Of a DNA stretch of 64,000 bases, positions 11,682 through 24,238 are shown piece by piece. Position numbers and translations under genes: made by a program. The notes beneath the pieces are model-generated. The model did not search any database and was not told the DNA's origin. It worked only from the letters and a program-made list of their open reading frames with translations. The stretch's first letter is position 1. Every line of letters starts with the position of its first letter. The stretch comes from Nemertoderma westbladi (Eukaryota > Animalia > Xenacoelomorpha), in the NCBI GenBank assembly GCA_032718475.1, contig JAUCBJ010001762.1:43876-107875 (forward strand), in the 5' to 3' direction.

Positions 11682-12332
11682 TGTAAGCGGATTCAATTCC
11701 ACCTCATTACCCACCAGAAAATGGGATAGTGGCATTTTCAGCAATATATTGGAGATACGAGATTAACAATATTAATCTCGTATCACAACCAACATTTGGG
11801 GGGGGGGGGGGGGGGGGGGCAACACAAGCCCCGAAGCCACACACAAAGGAAGGTTAGAGGTCAAACCACCTCAGAGGGAACACAGCTAGTAGAGGCTAGC
11901 AGCAGAGGGGAAACACTCCCAGAGAGTGCAAGGGTGACAAGTAGCATATTAGCCAATAAGGGGGAGGAAAGCACGTGATAGGGCACAGGAGAGCATCCAT
12001 TAGGTAACAGGCCAAAGTAGAGTAGGAGGTGAAGCAATATTGGTATATCAATCATATATTGTGTCAGATTTGGATTGCTAAGTCAGTTAGTTAGCTACTC
12101 AGTTTTAGTGCAGACCGGTAACAATTGTTCACCGTCATCGTCATTGGCTGTCATCATATACTATTACCGGTATCGATCATATACTATTATCTCTGTCATA
12201 TATTATTGCGCTATTATATATTATAACATCAAGAAACAACATCAAACTCTGATCGCTTTTCTCCAACCGCCTCGGCCAAGCTATCAGTACCATCTCAAAG
12301 CCTACGGTGACGCGTATAACAATCTACCAGGT
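11682..12332 (+). repeat. 3' LTR of BEL/Pao family A (3'-truncated), preceded by polypurine tract
   Basis: G-run+AG PPT at 11670-11681 followed by TGT; direct repeat of 2749-3402. Confidence 0.88.
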
Positions 12333-12417
12333 GCTGATGCTACTTAATGAGATTAGTGGTATGCAGAACCAATCACAAGCCTCATCTAACTAACTAAGCC
12401 AATTACAGATTAGCTAA

Positions 12418-12918
12418 AGCCTGGTTCACAATTGAGACATAAGAGATAAAAGTGAGAAGAGGTAACCGATAAGAGATAACCGATAGGAGATAAGCTATAA
12501 GCCAGGAGTTAAGAGATAAGAGATAAGCTTTTGGCGATAAGTGCTTAGTGCTAATCTCTGATCGTTTTATCAGAAAATTGCCCTAAGTTACTGTATTGGA
12601 AAATCACCAATCAATATGTATTGCCTTGTGGAAGATATTATCAACAGTCTACATACTGTACAGTATATCTACCTTCTGAGTCTACCTTCTGATATCATTG
12701 AAAACTCTGAGAATTAATTTGAAAACTGTGGACGCGTTTTATAATTATAATATGTTTTTCATTCATTTGCATTCTTTTGGTAGTCCTTATCACCTATGGC
12801 AAAACTTGGAAACTTTTCAAAGTCCTAATCACAAGCGATAAGACCCTTATCTCCTATCGCTTATCTCTTATCACCAGTTGTGAATGCCTCGCTCTTATCG
12901 CTTATCTCTTATCGCCGA
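12418..12918. mobile_element. Non-autonomous DNA element with inverted GATAAG/CTTATC subterminal repeats (PIF/Harbinger-like end)
   Basis: TAA|AGCCTGGTTCACA start; GATAAG repeats on the left and CTTATC repeats on the right; right terminus not seen. Confidence 0.45.
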
Positions 12919-13330
12919 TGTGACAGGATCCGAGTGGCGATGGATGCCGACCGGGTAAATCTCTTGTGTTTCCTACGCATCACCACGTTTATGGTGACTA
13001 TGAAGGCTGTAGGCCGGTAAAATAAGAGTTCTTGGTTTATCGTTGTTAATAATAGCTGATAAATATATAAGTACCGGTAGACAGATTACAGCACAATGAA
13101 TAGGTAATACAGACGATGGTGAAAACCAACCGATATCCACAGTAATTAATAGCCTACTGAACATAATTGATATTGACCAACAGATATATGGAAATTATGG
13201 GGAAACTTATTACACCCTTTGCCCTGTGTTAGCCTCTCCCATGAGATGTATTGTTAAACCATCTCCCGGCTAACATTGCTTCACCTCATATTTATCCGGT
13301 ATTATATTGCACACCTGAGTGATTCATAAA
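12919..13330 (-). repeat. Partial solo LTR related to family A/C LTRs
   Basis: TGTGACAGGATCC...TACGCATCACC resembles 39779 TGTGACGGGATCC...TACGCATCCCC; right boundary approximate. Confidence 0.6.
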
Positions 13331-13716
13331 TCACCATGTTCCCCATTCTATAGGTAGGTGGCGTGCAGTGGTATGGATCCGCGTACAGCCGATTGTGAAC
13401 GCTTTTGCTTATTGCTTTTCTTTTATCGCACACAGCCTGGGGGGGGGGGGGGGGGGGGGATTCGGCCCAGACCTGATTTCTCAGCCATTTGTTAATGAAA
13501 TTTCTTAACAATATATCTAGTGGTATATTTTAACACATTCTTGAAAAAAAATCTAAAATTTTTTTTGGAAGTGCCACATATATGAAAAATAGTGGTTTTG
13601 TGCAATGAAAAAATTTAATTGCAGATAATGTGACATATGTAACCTATTTCAAAGTATTGCATGTATATTTGTGGTGGCGTAATCAATGGTAATGAAATTG
13701 AGTTCATACAAGTAAT

Positions 13717-15618
13717 GGGCAATTACACCATTGATGTAACACTTACGTCGAAAATAAACAGTCCTCTATCTCATCAGGATAATTTTGGTATCAAAATGAC
13801 GAAAAAGAATGAAATTTTTAATAACTTGACGGATTTTTAATATTTTTGAGGATAACAACTGGTTTTTCATTATTCAATATGAAGAATTTGTTTTACGTAT
13901 ATTATTCAAATTTGTTCAAATTAATCCATGTCATTTTTGACATAATCTTACTACCATTGAAATTGTCTGACTAAGACAGGTAATTACACCAACCGAAAAT
14001 TCAACATTTATTAGAAGCTATTGATGATAAAAATTTGAATATTGACAGCGTAGCATTGTGTATTCAAAATTTCAAAAAATTTTTAGATTTATGACCTACA
14101 TAATTATGTGAGTCTGTAACGAAAAGTACTTAAAGTTTTAATTTGGAGTACACCCCGCATGTATATTGCACTGACAATCATTTTCCTTTGGGTTTACAAC
14201 CAATCAAAACCATCCATTAGGTCTCTCTGTTTTGTAGCTGAAACGTTTAAGAACAGCGTTACGTACGGACTCACAAATTTTTCGTTACGGACTCACCACG
14301 CGGTAGGTTAGGTAAGAATCATTTTGCTTTGTATACGTTATTCACTTCACTATGTAAACTGAAAATTATTCATTGCGCCCGTTTAATCCTGCCTGGTACG
14401 TTACTCATATTTCTGGTGCCGAAAGGGCCAAACGGCATATATCACGGATGACAGAAATTACTGACCAAGATGGTATAGTATGATACCCTCGAAGTTCGCC
14501 AAGATTCATGAAATGAGTGAGCGAATGATGGATTGTGATAAAAAAAAAATCGTCCGTTACGCCAGGGATTACGCACAAAGTCTCAATAATTATTTCAAGT
14601 GCGGTCCCCCCAGACCTATATTCCCCAGAGGAAACTCCAGTACTCATTTAACTACCATTTACGGAAGCAAGAGTTGCGCCCTGGCTAGTAAGTCTCTTTA
14701 TTGTCTTTAAAGTATTCGTGCCGAAACGAAAACTACCCTAGCCCCCATGACGTGATCGAACCCACGATCTAAGGAGAGATGTGATTTCAATGTCACCAAT
14801 TTAACCAAATACGCCAGGGTGGAATAACTTAAAGTACAGTGATAGAAGTGATCGTAAATCATAAATACAACGAAATACTGTTTACAATTTATTTTCCAGT
14901 ATTAAAAATTTTCCGTGAACGTGGTATTTATGTTGTTAAAGAACTAGAAATTGGTCATTTTAACAAATTATGGTCATCTATACACACACCAAATATGCCT
15001 ACTCAATCTCATAGATAGATATGATGTACCTTATAACTTCATGAACACTACTTAAAAGAGATATCTAATAGTGTTTCTTAAGGTACATTGTGAAAGGTAT
15101 GTATATAAGTAATAAAGATATTTATTGAATAAACACTATAAACATTTCATTGGTCGTTGCTCTTTTTTTCTAAACAATATAACGAGTACATAACGATTTC
15201 AAGTGTGATTCCGTAACATTTTTTTCTGTGAGTCCGTAATGAACAATTTCTCTATAAATGAGGTTTACCACCATATGTTTCTGCTATTAACTTACAAATT
15301 TACAAAATTTAATGTATCTACCTCGCATTGTGAAAGTTATAACGTATGGCGTTAAACATTTCAAGAGAATTTGTCAAAATAAAATTGGGTAATTTTTCTT
15401 CGTCCATTTGCATGTGAGTCCGTAACGGGCACTATATTTACAATATCCTATGAATCAAATGAGATACAACTCTTTTTTATAAGTCAAAGTAAAGATGTAC
15501 CATTTATCCATCAGCCACCATAGGTGAATGTTATTTATATTGTAAAGTTATTAATTAAATGTGCCAATTAATTTCGAAAATTGCGTTTGAATGTGAGTCT
15601 GTAACGATGGAATTGCCC
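13717..15618. mobile_element. Non-autonomous TIR DNA transposon with 4-bp TAAT TSD (Sola-like)
   Basis: TAAT|GGGCAATTACA ... TGGAATTGCCC|TAAT; internal motif GTGAGTCYGTAAC repeated about 6 times in both orientations. Confidence 0.65.
14744..14822 (-). other. tRNA-derived (Ser-like) sequence / SINE head
   Basis: Minus strand: TGGCGTATTTGG A-box, GTGA-CATTGAAA-TCAC anticodon arm, ATCT-CTCCTT-AGAT variable arm, GGTTCGATC B-box; no good acceptor stem. Confidence 0.55.
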
Positions 15619-16190
15619 TAATGCAACTACTACCATTTTTCATGCGGCCACCAAAAGTGAGTGCAGCATGAAAGTTTCAAAATTATTTGATTCGAAATAT
15701 TCATTTTATGTAAATTATAATATAGTAATTACTAGAGAGGGGGGGGGGGGGGGGGGGGACTGAAGACATATCCCATCTCGGATAAATATAAATTTGGGGC
15801 ATAATAAAATGACTTATTCTAAGCAGGGTCGATAATAAAGGGAATGAAGGGTCAGCAGGGTTGGAACGCCAATGAAACAATTATTGCTGATGCTGACAAT
15901 AATTTGGTATAGGTTTTCTTGTTTGCAGGATATATTATTGATGGAGCAGCAAGCTACAACTTCTAATTTGATTTGTTACCTGTCACATTATATACATTGA
16001 TATGCCCAGTGTTTGTCTGTGGAGACTGTAGTAGACTTTCTACTATAACTAATATAATATATTATCTCCTCCCTATCTTTGAAAATATTTATATAAAAGG
16101 CATTTTGCGTTTACTCGGATGAACTCCATTTTATTACCATTGCATTCACAATCACAGAAAACCTATAAATCACAGGAATATAGATCATAT

Positions 16191-19100
16191 TGTGCGAAGA
16201 GACGTACCTGATATCCTACAATATCCTACTGTAAAGTTTGTGAATCAAAACATAATCCGACCTTCTCACCAAAACAGTAAACTCTAAGTAAGCGAATCTA
16301 TTGCAGTATCGGTCTCTTATAACCGGTGAGGCAGAAGACAGTCTATGAACGGACAAACTTCGATAAAACAAAATCCCGCGCAGCGAATCCTAAAATCGGG
16401 CTGACTCACTGACGGACTAAGGGCGCTCGTATACTTTGCCGCGGTGTGATTTATATGGGGTGGGTGAGGGTTGCTAGCTAAATGTCTAACTAGCGGGCAA
16501 AGTACAGTATGGACAAAAATTATTTTATATATTTTGAGGTGTAAATAATTCCTAACGCGTGTGTGTCTTGATTCTAACAGTCAAAATCAGTTTTAGATCC
16601 TTCATATATATAATTACTGGGTCCGGTGTACATTTTACAAATATTCTAATTTTGTAGCTTGTAGGTCCAATACTCACGAATGATAAGGCTCCTTCTCCTT
16701 TTGTGTATTTCCAGGACTCAAATTCAGGCATAAGGTTAATACTATGCCCAGAATTCGGCAATTTAATTTACCAGGTCCCTAATACTAAGAAGAAATGTGT
16801 TAGTTTACTACAGTAGGCGTACAGTTATAAATAGCTAGCCTGGCGTTCTATCTAGAATTTTGGTTGCCTAGGTGGGCACGGCAACTCCCTATCAGAATGT
16901 CAGCGGGGACACGGTAGATGTTAGTATCCCTAATAGCCTCAATTTATATGCGCCTAGCAGTAAACTGCCCTACCGCCTGAACGGTACAATCCCAATTCAG
17001 GTAAAAACACAGTAACCCTTCCTGGCCTACAAGTTCTAACGCAAATGGACACCGTTGTACTACAAACAAGCCACCGACGCACCTATACCTGGCAAATGAG
17101 TTAGGCGTACAGCTTGCTGCACCCTACTAATGGGTATGCCTTGTACTGGTGTGCCTGTGTCCTATCTGTGTACTAGTATCTCTCTGCCTGATCTCCTCCT
17201 CCCCCCGTAGGAATATGAAGGTCTACTGCGGGTTTTTCTGAATTAAGACGGTACAGTCCCTAAATGTAATTTTAGCGCACAGCGTGTCAGTACCTCTACC
17301 TTCGATCTTAGGTCTTACACTTAGGTAACGAGGCATCGAACGCTGTCTAACCTTTCAGGCGATGGGCGAATAACTAAGAATGGGTATTGCGGGTTGTCTC
17401 CTTCTACATTCCTCCGATGTTCCCGTCTATTGCTGCGGTCCGCTGTCTAGCCTGCCATCTGTCGCTCAGTTGTGTTCACCATGGTGAAACATAGTAAAAG
17501 CAGATGTAACAAATACTTTCTAACTTTATTACAAATAAACGATAACTAATATACAATAAATCGAATGTAACAAGTGAATGAAGATAGAAGTTTAACAAGA
17601 TTAGAAGTAACAAGTGTAACTAAATGAGATAATCTGAAGAAGTGATAACTAATGAACAAATCGCACCTTTTAGTGCTGCTAACAATCTAGATAAATCTCG
17701 ATTGTTCTATGAGTTCTACTAGTTTTTTAAAGATAATCATTGGTCCAGCAAACACGTATCTTGCACGACATTGGTTACTATCTAATAACTGCAATCGCAT
17801 TGGTTAATCTACCTTAAGCAGATACAATTAAATCGTAGCGGTTAATTCAAATGAGTTGAAACTTAGCACAAAAAATAATTCACACTTGCTAGGATTCGAA
17901 CTCGATACCTACTACACGATTTTCTAATGCTTAACCCTATTAGTACCGGGCTATAAAATGTTGTACAAATACCGGGGAGGGGTCATATTGACCCCCCCCC
18001 TCTAAAATCTACAAATATTTACGAAAACGGCTGATTTTTTGTTTGTGCGTAGGTATCACTTGTCTGGATCCGACCGAAAAAAAAAATTTTCGAAAAAATG
18101 TACTGGGGTGGTTATATTGCAGCACCAAAATTACAAGTAGTGCACAATTTTCACAAAATTTGAAAGTTACATTTTCGGCTAATTATTTTTTAATACAGGT
18201 TTTCTGGGGTGCAAAATACATTGCAAAATATTAAAAAATGATATGATTACTATAAATGGATGTTTAGTCCTCTCTGCGTAGGAAAAAAAATGAAAAAAAC
18301 AAGTAACCAGCACTTTTCAGTTAGAACACAAAATTTTTAATTCACTTATACGATGCTATAAATTCACATTTTCAGGTTTTCGAGGGCGCTGATTCTAATG
18401 GAATACATTTCTAATATGCCAGATCATTGCTACTTGTATTTTTCGGCGTAATTTGGCAAATTTTGGTGCTAGCACCAAATTTCGTACCCATCACCAAAAA
18501 GTACAAGTTTGCGATGTCCAGTGCTGTTTTTATTGATTCCATCGGATTCAGGACCCTCATAAACCCGTATAACGCAAGAAACAAGGTGATACTATCTACT
18601 TATTAATTTGCATATTTTCCAAAATTTGGTGCTGGCACAACAATTTTCAACCACCGGCGAAAAATACAAGTTTGAGAACTCTTATGAAATTTTTACTGAT
18701 TCCATTGAATTCAGAACCATCACAAACCCGTATAACGCAAGAAACAAGGTGACACAATCAATTGATATATTTGATGGTTTTCAAAATGTGGTGCTAGCAC
18801 CACATTTTGCACCCACATCCGAAAAATACAAGTTTGAGATGTCTAGTTCGATAATTGTATTTTCCATTGAATTCAGAACAGCCATAAACCTCTAAAACGC
18901 AAGAAATAAATTGTCACAAGCAATTTTATCTATTGAACAGATTTTCAAAATTTCGTGCTAGCACCAAAATTTGCACACAGCACCGAAAAATACAAGTTTG
19001 ATACGCTTGGTGCAACTCGTATATATTTCATCGAATCCAGAAACCCAAAAAACCCCAATTGCGTAAAAAACAAGTTTCAAACGATCAATTTACAAAATTG

Positions 19101-19568
19101 ACTTATTTCAAAATTTGGTGCTGGCACCAAAATTTGGCACCCACCGAAAAAAACAAGTTTGAAATTTCAAAATCAATTTATATGAATTCCATCAAATTTC
19201 TAACACCAAAAAACCGGTGTAAATCAAAAATAGAGATGTTACAATTAATATTTAATGAAATGTAATTTTCAAAAAACGTCTCAAAAAAAGTGCCAAAAGT
19301 AGGGTTAAAAAATGGTACTATAAAATTTCAGATATTCAACTGTGTTAGTTTCAGAATTATAATAAAAAAACCACGGGAGGGGTCATATTGACCCCCCCCC
19401 CCCGGGATTAATAGGGTTAACCGACTGAGCTACTGAACCACTTGAATGATCGTTGTACAAATAGCTATAGTAAATGCAAATGAGGACTTAATGTAATCTT
19501 TATAGCAAATTAATTCGAACAAAATAAAATTTTGAAAATCCACGGCTTTATGAGGATATAATTCTATA
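16191..19568 (-). repeat. 3' LTR of element B (interrupted by a MITE)
   Basis: Matches 29426-31327 once 17935-19420 is removed. Confidence 0.92.
17935..19416. mobile_element. piggyBac-type non-autonomous element, TTAA TSD, internal ~163-bp tandem repeats
   Basis: TTAA|CCCTATTAGTACCGGG ... CCCGGGATTAATAGGG|TTAA; empty site visible in the other LTR (GCTTAACCGAC near 31174); about 5 units containing GGTGCTRGCAC at 18440-19260. Confidence 0.9.
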
Positions 19569-20235
19569 CCGTTCCATGAAAACAGGATATTATCGTACAT
19601 AAAATATACGGTTATCACCAATCAAATTATGGAATACTTGGGGCGTACCTACATATTTACAAATTAAATTTCAAACAATAATACTTTCTTTCTACATAAT
19701 AATTTGGTACAAAATAATTACAAATTCAAACTTTACATATTTAAGGCTTTATTAAGTAGTTACAATATAAATCTAAATTAAATTCACCAATATAAATCTA
19801 TTGCATCTTAAATATTACATAAATTCAAATAATCACAAATACTAATACTGCTTCTTATATAAAATATAGATTGCATAAGTTCGGAATAATTACAAATATA
19901 ATTCTTTCCAAATATAACACACTCTAAATACAAAATATAACGTTTTACAAATGAAATTATAAGAAAGGCTCACAAGTCTTCCGTCCACTCTTGCCTTCTA
20001 TTTTACTGCAAATACAAATACTGCTTATATGAAATATAAATTGCACAATATCCAAAACAATATAAATTGCATAAGTTCGGAATAATCACAAATATAAAAT
20101 ATAAATCTTTCAAAATATAAATTCCTTCAGAATATAACGCTTTCTAAATATAAAACTTTCTAAATACAAAATATATAAATCAAATAAATCACAAGAAAGG
20201 CTCACGAGTCTTCCGTCCACTCTTTGCCTTCCATT

Positions 20236-21292
20236 TTACCGTCTTTCAGAACGGGCCCTGCCGCGTCCTCGAAAACTGCGTACAGGCGATTTAGCTCGTG
20301 ATACGGGACTTATGGGGTGAGTCACTAGTTTACCTTGAACGTTGGGAGATGGTGCGACCATTTCTTCGCAAGCTCGTTTTTTTGTAAACCCAAATCCTCG
20401 TCCAACTCCTCGTGACCGATTAGTTGTATCCACTGTTGGCAAAACGTCTGGGAACGCGCGGGAAGCGGACGACGCAGACCCAAGAGAAACTTGCGCCCCC
20501 TTTTGATCAGCTGGTATGTGTCCTAATCCTCCTTGCGGTTCTCTGGGAAGTGACATCGTATCCCGAGTAACGCGAATAGTCGGTTCACATCCCTTTCGTA
20601 CTTCAATATTTATAGTTTTCTTTAGTTGTTGGCTCACTTTCTGAACCCTTATGATCCTGTTCTGTCCGTCCTCCCGAGGGTGATGTGCAGATGGCGCAAC
20701 CGGAGTAGCTGGTATGTTGGTCGCCTCTAGGATCTCCTCTTCCTCGAATACGCTCGCTCGTATGCGTTTGTGGTAGAAGGCGGCTCAGTACGCCCATGCG
20801 ACGGTTAACCAAGCTCCCTTGTTTCGCTTTTCTGTTCGGAAACAATCAAATTCACCATGCGTGATACGATTAAACATTTTGGGCAAAGTTTATACTTTCG
20901 AAAATTTTCGGTGTCATCTCCTTAACTGAAGTCTGATCGTGTGACGTCCAATGGTAAGGTAGGCTCGCGAGTCTTCCGCCCCATTCTTCCATCTCACCTT
21001 CCTCGAAAGCCTTATAGGCTCTGTATAGGCTAAGAGCTTCTTTCTTTTCGCGGGTTAACTGAGTCACCTCTTCCAGCGTAAGTTCAAATGCATCGGGTTC
21101 AACAATCTTAGGTGGACAAACGACAATTTCTCCCGCCTTTGGTCCACACATAGCAAATGAATGATACGGATTCGATAAAGGATACCCTCCTTCCTGGTAA
21201 CGTAGTTGTTGATGGTTCGAACACCTCGCTAATATCGGTTCGGGATTTTCCTTATTCAAACGCATCGGAATCGCCTTTTGTTGTTCGCGCAT
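20236..21292 (-). pseudogene. Extra post-integrase ORF of element B, unknown function, frameshifted
   Basis: ORFs 20870-21292 and 20236-20637 form a GC-richer coding-like island between AT-rich UTRs; possible CPKC..NRITHGEFDC knuckle across the frameshift. Confidence 0.55.
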
Positions 21293-21716
21293 ACAAGCAC
21301 CAAACTATTATCAGAAAATAAGCAATCAAGAGTTAGTAATAAATATAGGGAAGTCTATTTGTTGATGTAACTTATTGAAACAAGACCGTGTAAAATTTAA
21401 TTAAAATTTAAGAAAGGCTCGCGAGTCTTCCGTTCTCTTGTTTCTTTAATTTTAAGTCCCACCCGACTGTACCCTGAAATCTATTCACTGGAGAAAATTT
21501 TAAAAATTTTCAAATCCAAATGGATTGTCTAAAATTTCGAAAATGTCTCAATATTGTGAGTTCCAAGTAGAATTCCATTTCTTATACCTACAAATCCCGC
21601 TCCTATGTGACACATAATGGTACTACCCTCAATGTTCACATATAAAGACAATGGAATTCTACCGCTGTCTTTACTACAGTGTACAGGTACGTGGAAATCT
21701 ATTTGTAAACTCCTTA

Positions 21717-24101
21717 CTATTTACTAACATTAGTTGGAGACTTGTAATCTCCAGACTCGTTTCGATTCTCTTCAAGAAGTACGAGACGTTGAGTCGGTCT
21801 GTCTACTGTATGACCGTCAATTGTCCGTACCGTCACGGTTCTTGTCACTCCATCCATAGATGGATGTGTGTCTAAAATAACACCTGTTATCCAGAAGTGT
21901 CTTTTTAAATTCACTTCTGCTAACAGTACATGATCTCCCGCTCTTAAAGCGCGAGTATTATTGTACCAAGTAGTTCTGGCAGAAATAGAGGGCAAATAAT
22001 GGTTTTGCCATATTTCCCAAAATTTGTTAGCCAGTAGTTGCGTGATTTTCCACGCTTTTCTACCATAGCTATCGCCTTCTATTGGAATTGAAATAGGCAT
22101 CAATGAAGTCGGTGCCTGCATTAGCAGGTGTGCAGGTGTTAAAGCAAACTGGGATTGTTTGTCATCGGGTACTAATACTATTGGTCTAGTATTTAGTATT
22201 GCCTCGATTTCAACAAACAATGTTGTCAGTTGGTCGTCTGTCAAGATGTGGTTTACTGGAATTACTTTTGCCATGGCTGTTTTTATAGATCTAATCAATC
22301 TCTCCCAGACTCCGCCTCTCCATGGACTATCTGGAGGATTAAACTTCCAAACAATCTTGTAAGGACGTAGTTCGTTTGAGATTTGATCATGATCTAATTT
22401 CTTAAAGGCTCTAGCAATTTCATTTCGAGCACCAACAAAGTTTGTACCTTGGTCTGAGTACAAGCATTTTACTAATCCGCGTCTAGCGATAAATCGCCGT
22501 AGTGCTAGTATAAAGGCGTTGGTGGAAAGATCCATCACACGTTCAATATGAACTGCCCTACTGGACATGCATGTGAAAATCAGTCCCCAGCGTTTTACTA
22601 GTATACGTCCACGTTTCGTATGTATGGGACCAAAGCAGTCAATTCCAGTCTCTGTGAAAGGTGGTCTGAATGCCTGTAGTCGTGCTTGTGGAAGTTCACT
22701 CATTTCTTGGGTACTTATTCTAGAATGTACCTTTTTACAAATAATACACATGCGCGTCACCGAACTTAGCGCTTTACTGGGTCTAATTAATACGAATCTT
22801 GTACGTAAGTATGAAAGACAGTGGTGTCTTCCAGCGTGTTTCAGATGTAAATGTGCGTCCAGTATCATTGCACGTTGTAATTCGTGATGTTGCGGTATTA
22901 TTATTGGGTACCTAAAATCAGTATTAAAGTCGATGTTTTGAAGCCGAGATTTATGACAAATTAAGCCATTATAAATTATCGGACTCCAACTCAATATTGG
23001 TGACGACTTGATTGGTTGACCTTGACTTATGGATGTGAATTCGCGTGCGAAATATCGCAATTGCACTCGAAAGTTGTCTGTGTTCGGGTCCCAAAATAGT
23101 CCCAACACTTTGGTCGTTGGTAGTGGTTCGAATTCCAAGTCAATGTCACCACCCCCACGTTCAGTCGTTTCGAATGAATTTACTAATTCGGTACTGTTCG
23201 AAGCAAACTTGGTGAGGTTAAAACCTCCGCCTGCCAAACAGTCCCGTAGTTGATGTGCTACTGTTATAGCACGTTCTACTGTGTCGCAACTTTGTAATCC
23301 ATCGTCAACATAAAAGTCTCGTTCTACTACTTGGATTACCTCTGGGTCATACTTATGTTTCTGATCCCTAGCGGTCTGCTTTAGGGCGTACATAGTGCAA
23401 TTTGGGCTGTCTCTGGCACCGAATACGCGAACTTGCATTTGGTAAGTCGCCGGTGGTTGACTTAAGTCTCCATCCGGGTACCAGAGGAACCTCAAACTGT
23501 CTCTGTCTCGCTCTAACGCTCGCACCTGGTGAAACATGGCTTCGACGTCGCAAGTAAATGCTACTTGGCGTTGACGGAAGCGCATAATCACCCCCATGAG
23601 ATAATTATTCATGTTTGGTCCATCCATCAACTCCGTATTGAGAGACATTCCCTCAAAGAGAGCCGCGCAGTCATTTACTACACGTACCTTGTCTGGTTTG
23701 TCGGGGTGTCTCACGTAGTGATGTGGCAAATAGTATGTCTGGTCTGTCACAATCTCTGGGTTTGTCATTCTGATAGCGTACCCTTTCGTCAAATACGTCT
23801 CCATCTGTGTATTATACTGCAGATGGGCTTTCTCGTCCTTTAGTAAACATTGTCTTATTGAGTTTAAACGTCTTAAGGCTAGCGGATAATTATTTATAAG
23901 TTTAGGACGTTGGTTACGCCATAACATCCCTACCTCATAATGTCCTTCTTTCGTCTGATGGATAGTATCTTCCATGATCTTTAAGGATTGTTTTTCTTGT
24001 TCCGACATACATGGTTCGTAACTACCAGGTTCGGCTGTGTCTTGTTCCAACCATTTTATAGTTTTCTCTGTTAATTCTTCGTCCAATGCAGCTTGTTCCA
24101 C
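21717..24101 (-). CDS. pol: BEL/Pao Pol: RT plus integrase, RNase H region missing
   Basis: YYLPHH, KVRVVNDC, DVEAMFHQV, FGARDSP, YVDD, KVLGLFWD; then HHCC, GIDCFGP, SDQGTNF, GGVWERL. Confidence 0.92.
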   Translation of the reverse strand: MEQAALDEELTEKTIKWLEQDTAEPGSYEPCMSEQEKQSLKIMEDTIHQTKEGHYEVGMLWRNQRPKLINNYPLALRRLNSIRQCLLKDEKAHLQYNTQMETYLTKGYAIRMTNPEIVTDQTYYLPHHYVRHPDKPDKVRVVNDCAALFEGMSLNTELMDGPNMNNYLMGVIMRFRQRQVAFTCDVEAMFHQVRALERDRDSLRFLWYPDGDLSQPPATYQMQVRVFGARDSPNCTMYALKQTARDQKHKYDPEVIQVVERDFYVDDGLQSCDTVERAITVAHQLRDCLAGGGFNLTKFASNSTELVNSFETTERGGGDIDLEFEPLPTTKVLGLFWDPNTDNFRVQLRYFAREFTSISQGQPIKSSPILSWSPIIYNGLICHKSRLQNIDFNTDFRYPIIIPQHHELQRAMILDAHLHLKHAGRHHCLSYLRTRFVLIRPSKALSSVTRMCIICKKVHSRISTQEMSELPQARLQAFRPPFTETGIDCFGPIHTKRGRILVKRWGLIFTCMSSRAVHIERVMDLSTNAFILALRRFIARRGLVKCLYSDQGTNFVGARNEIARAFKKLDHDQISNELRPYKIVWKFNPPDSPWRGGVWERLIRSIKTAMAKVIPVNHILTDDQLTTLFVEIEAILNTRPIVLVPDDKQSQFALTPAHLLMQAPTSLMPISIPIEGDSYGRKAWKITQLLANKFWEIWQNHYLPSISARTTWYNNTRALRAGDHVLLAEVNLKRHFWITGVILDTHPSMDGVTRTVTVRTIDGHTVDRPTQRLVLLEENRNESGDYKSPTNVSK

Positions 24102-24238
24102 TTGACAATTTCTTAATGTGTCGACATCGACAGGTGTTGATAAGGTTATTGGTTGAGGTAGACTCGCAATCCTTCCGGCGTTATCATCTATCGTTGATGG
24201 ATCCTCTGCCTGACGTGTCTCCTTCTTAATCTCTAAAC

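Noticed and set aside
15826-15966. Exon-like stretches (GSIIKGMKGQQGW...; GYIIDGAASYNF)
   Set aside because: Implied intron is only about 22 nt and a stop follows quickly; cannot be tied to the host gene
16552-16761. 69-aa ORF present twice (also 29788-29997)
   Set aside because: Duplication is explained by LTR identity; TTG start and no recognisable motif
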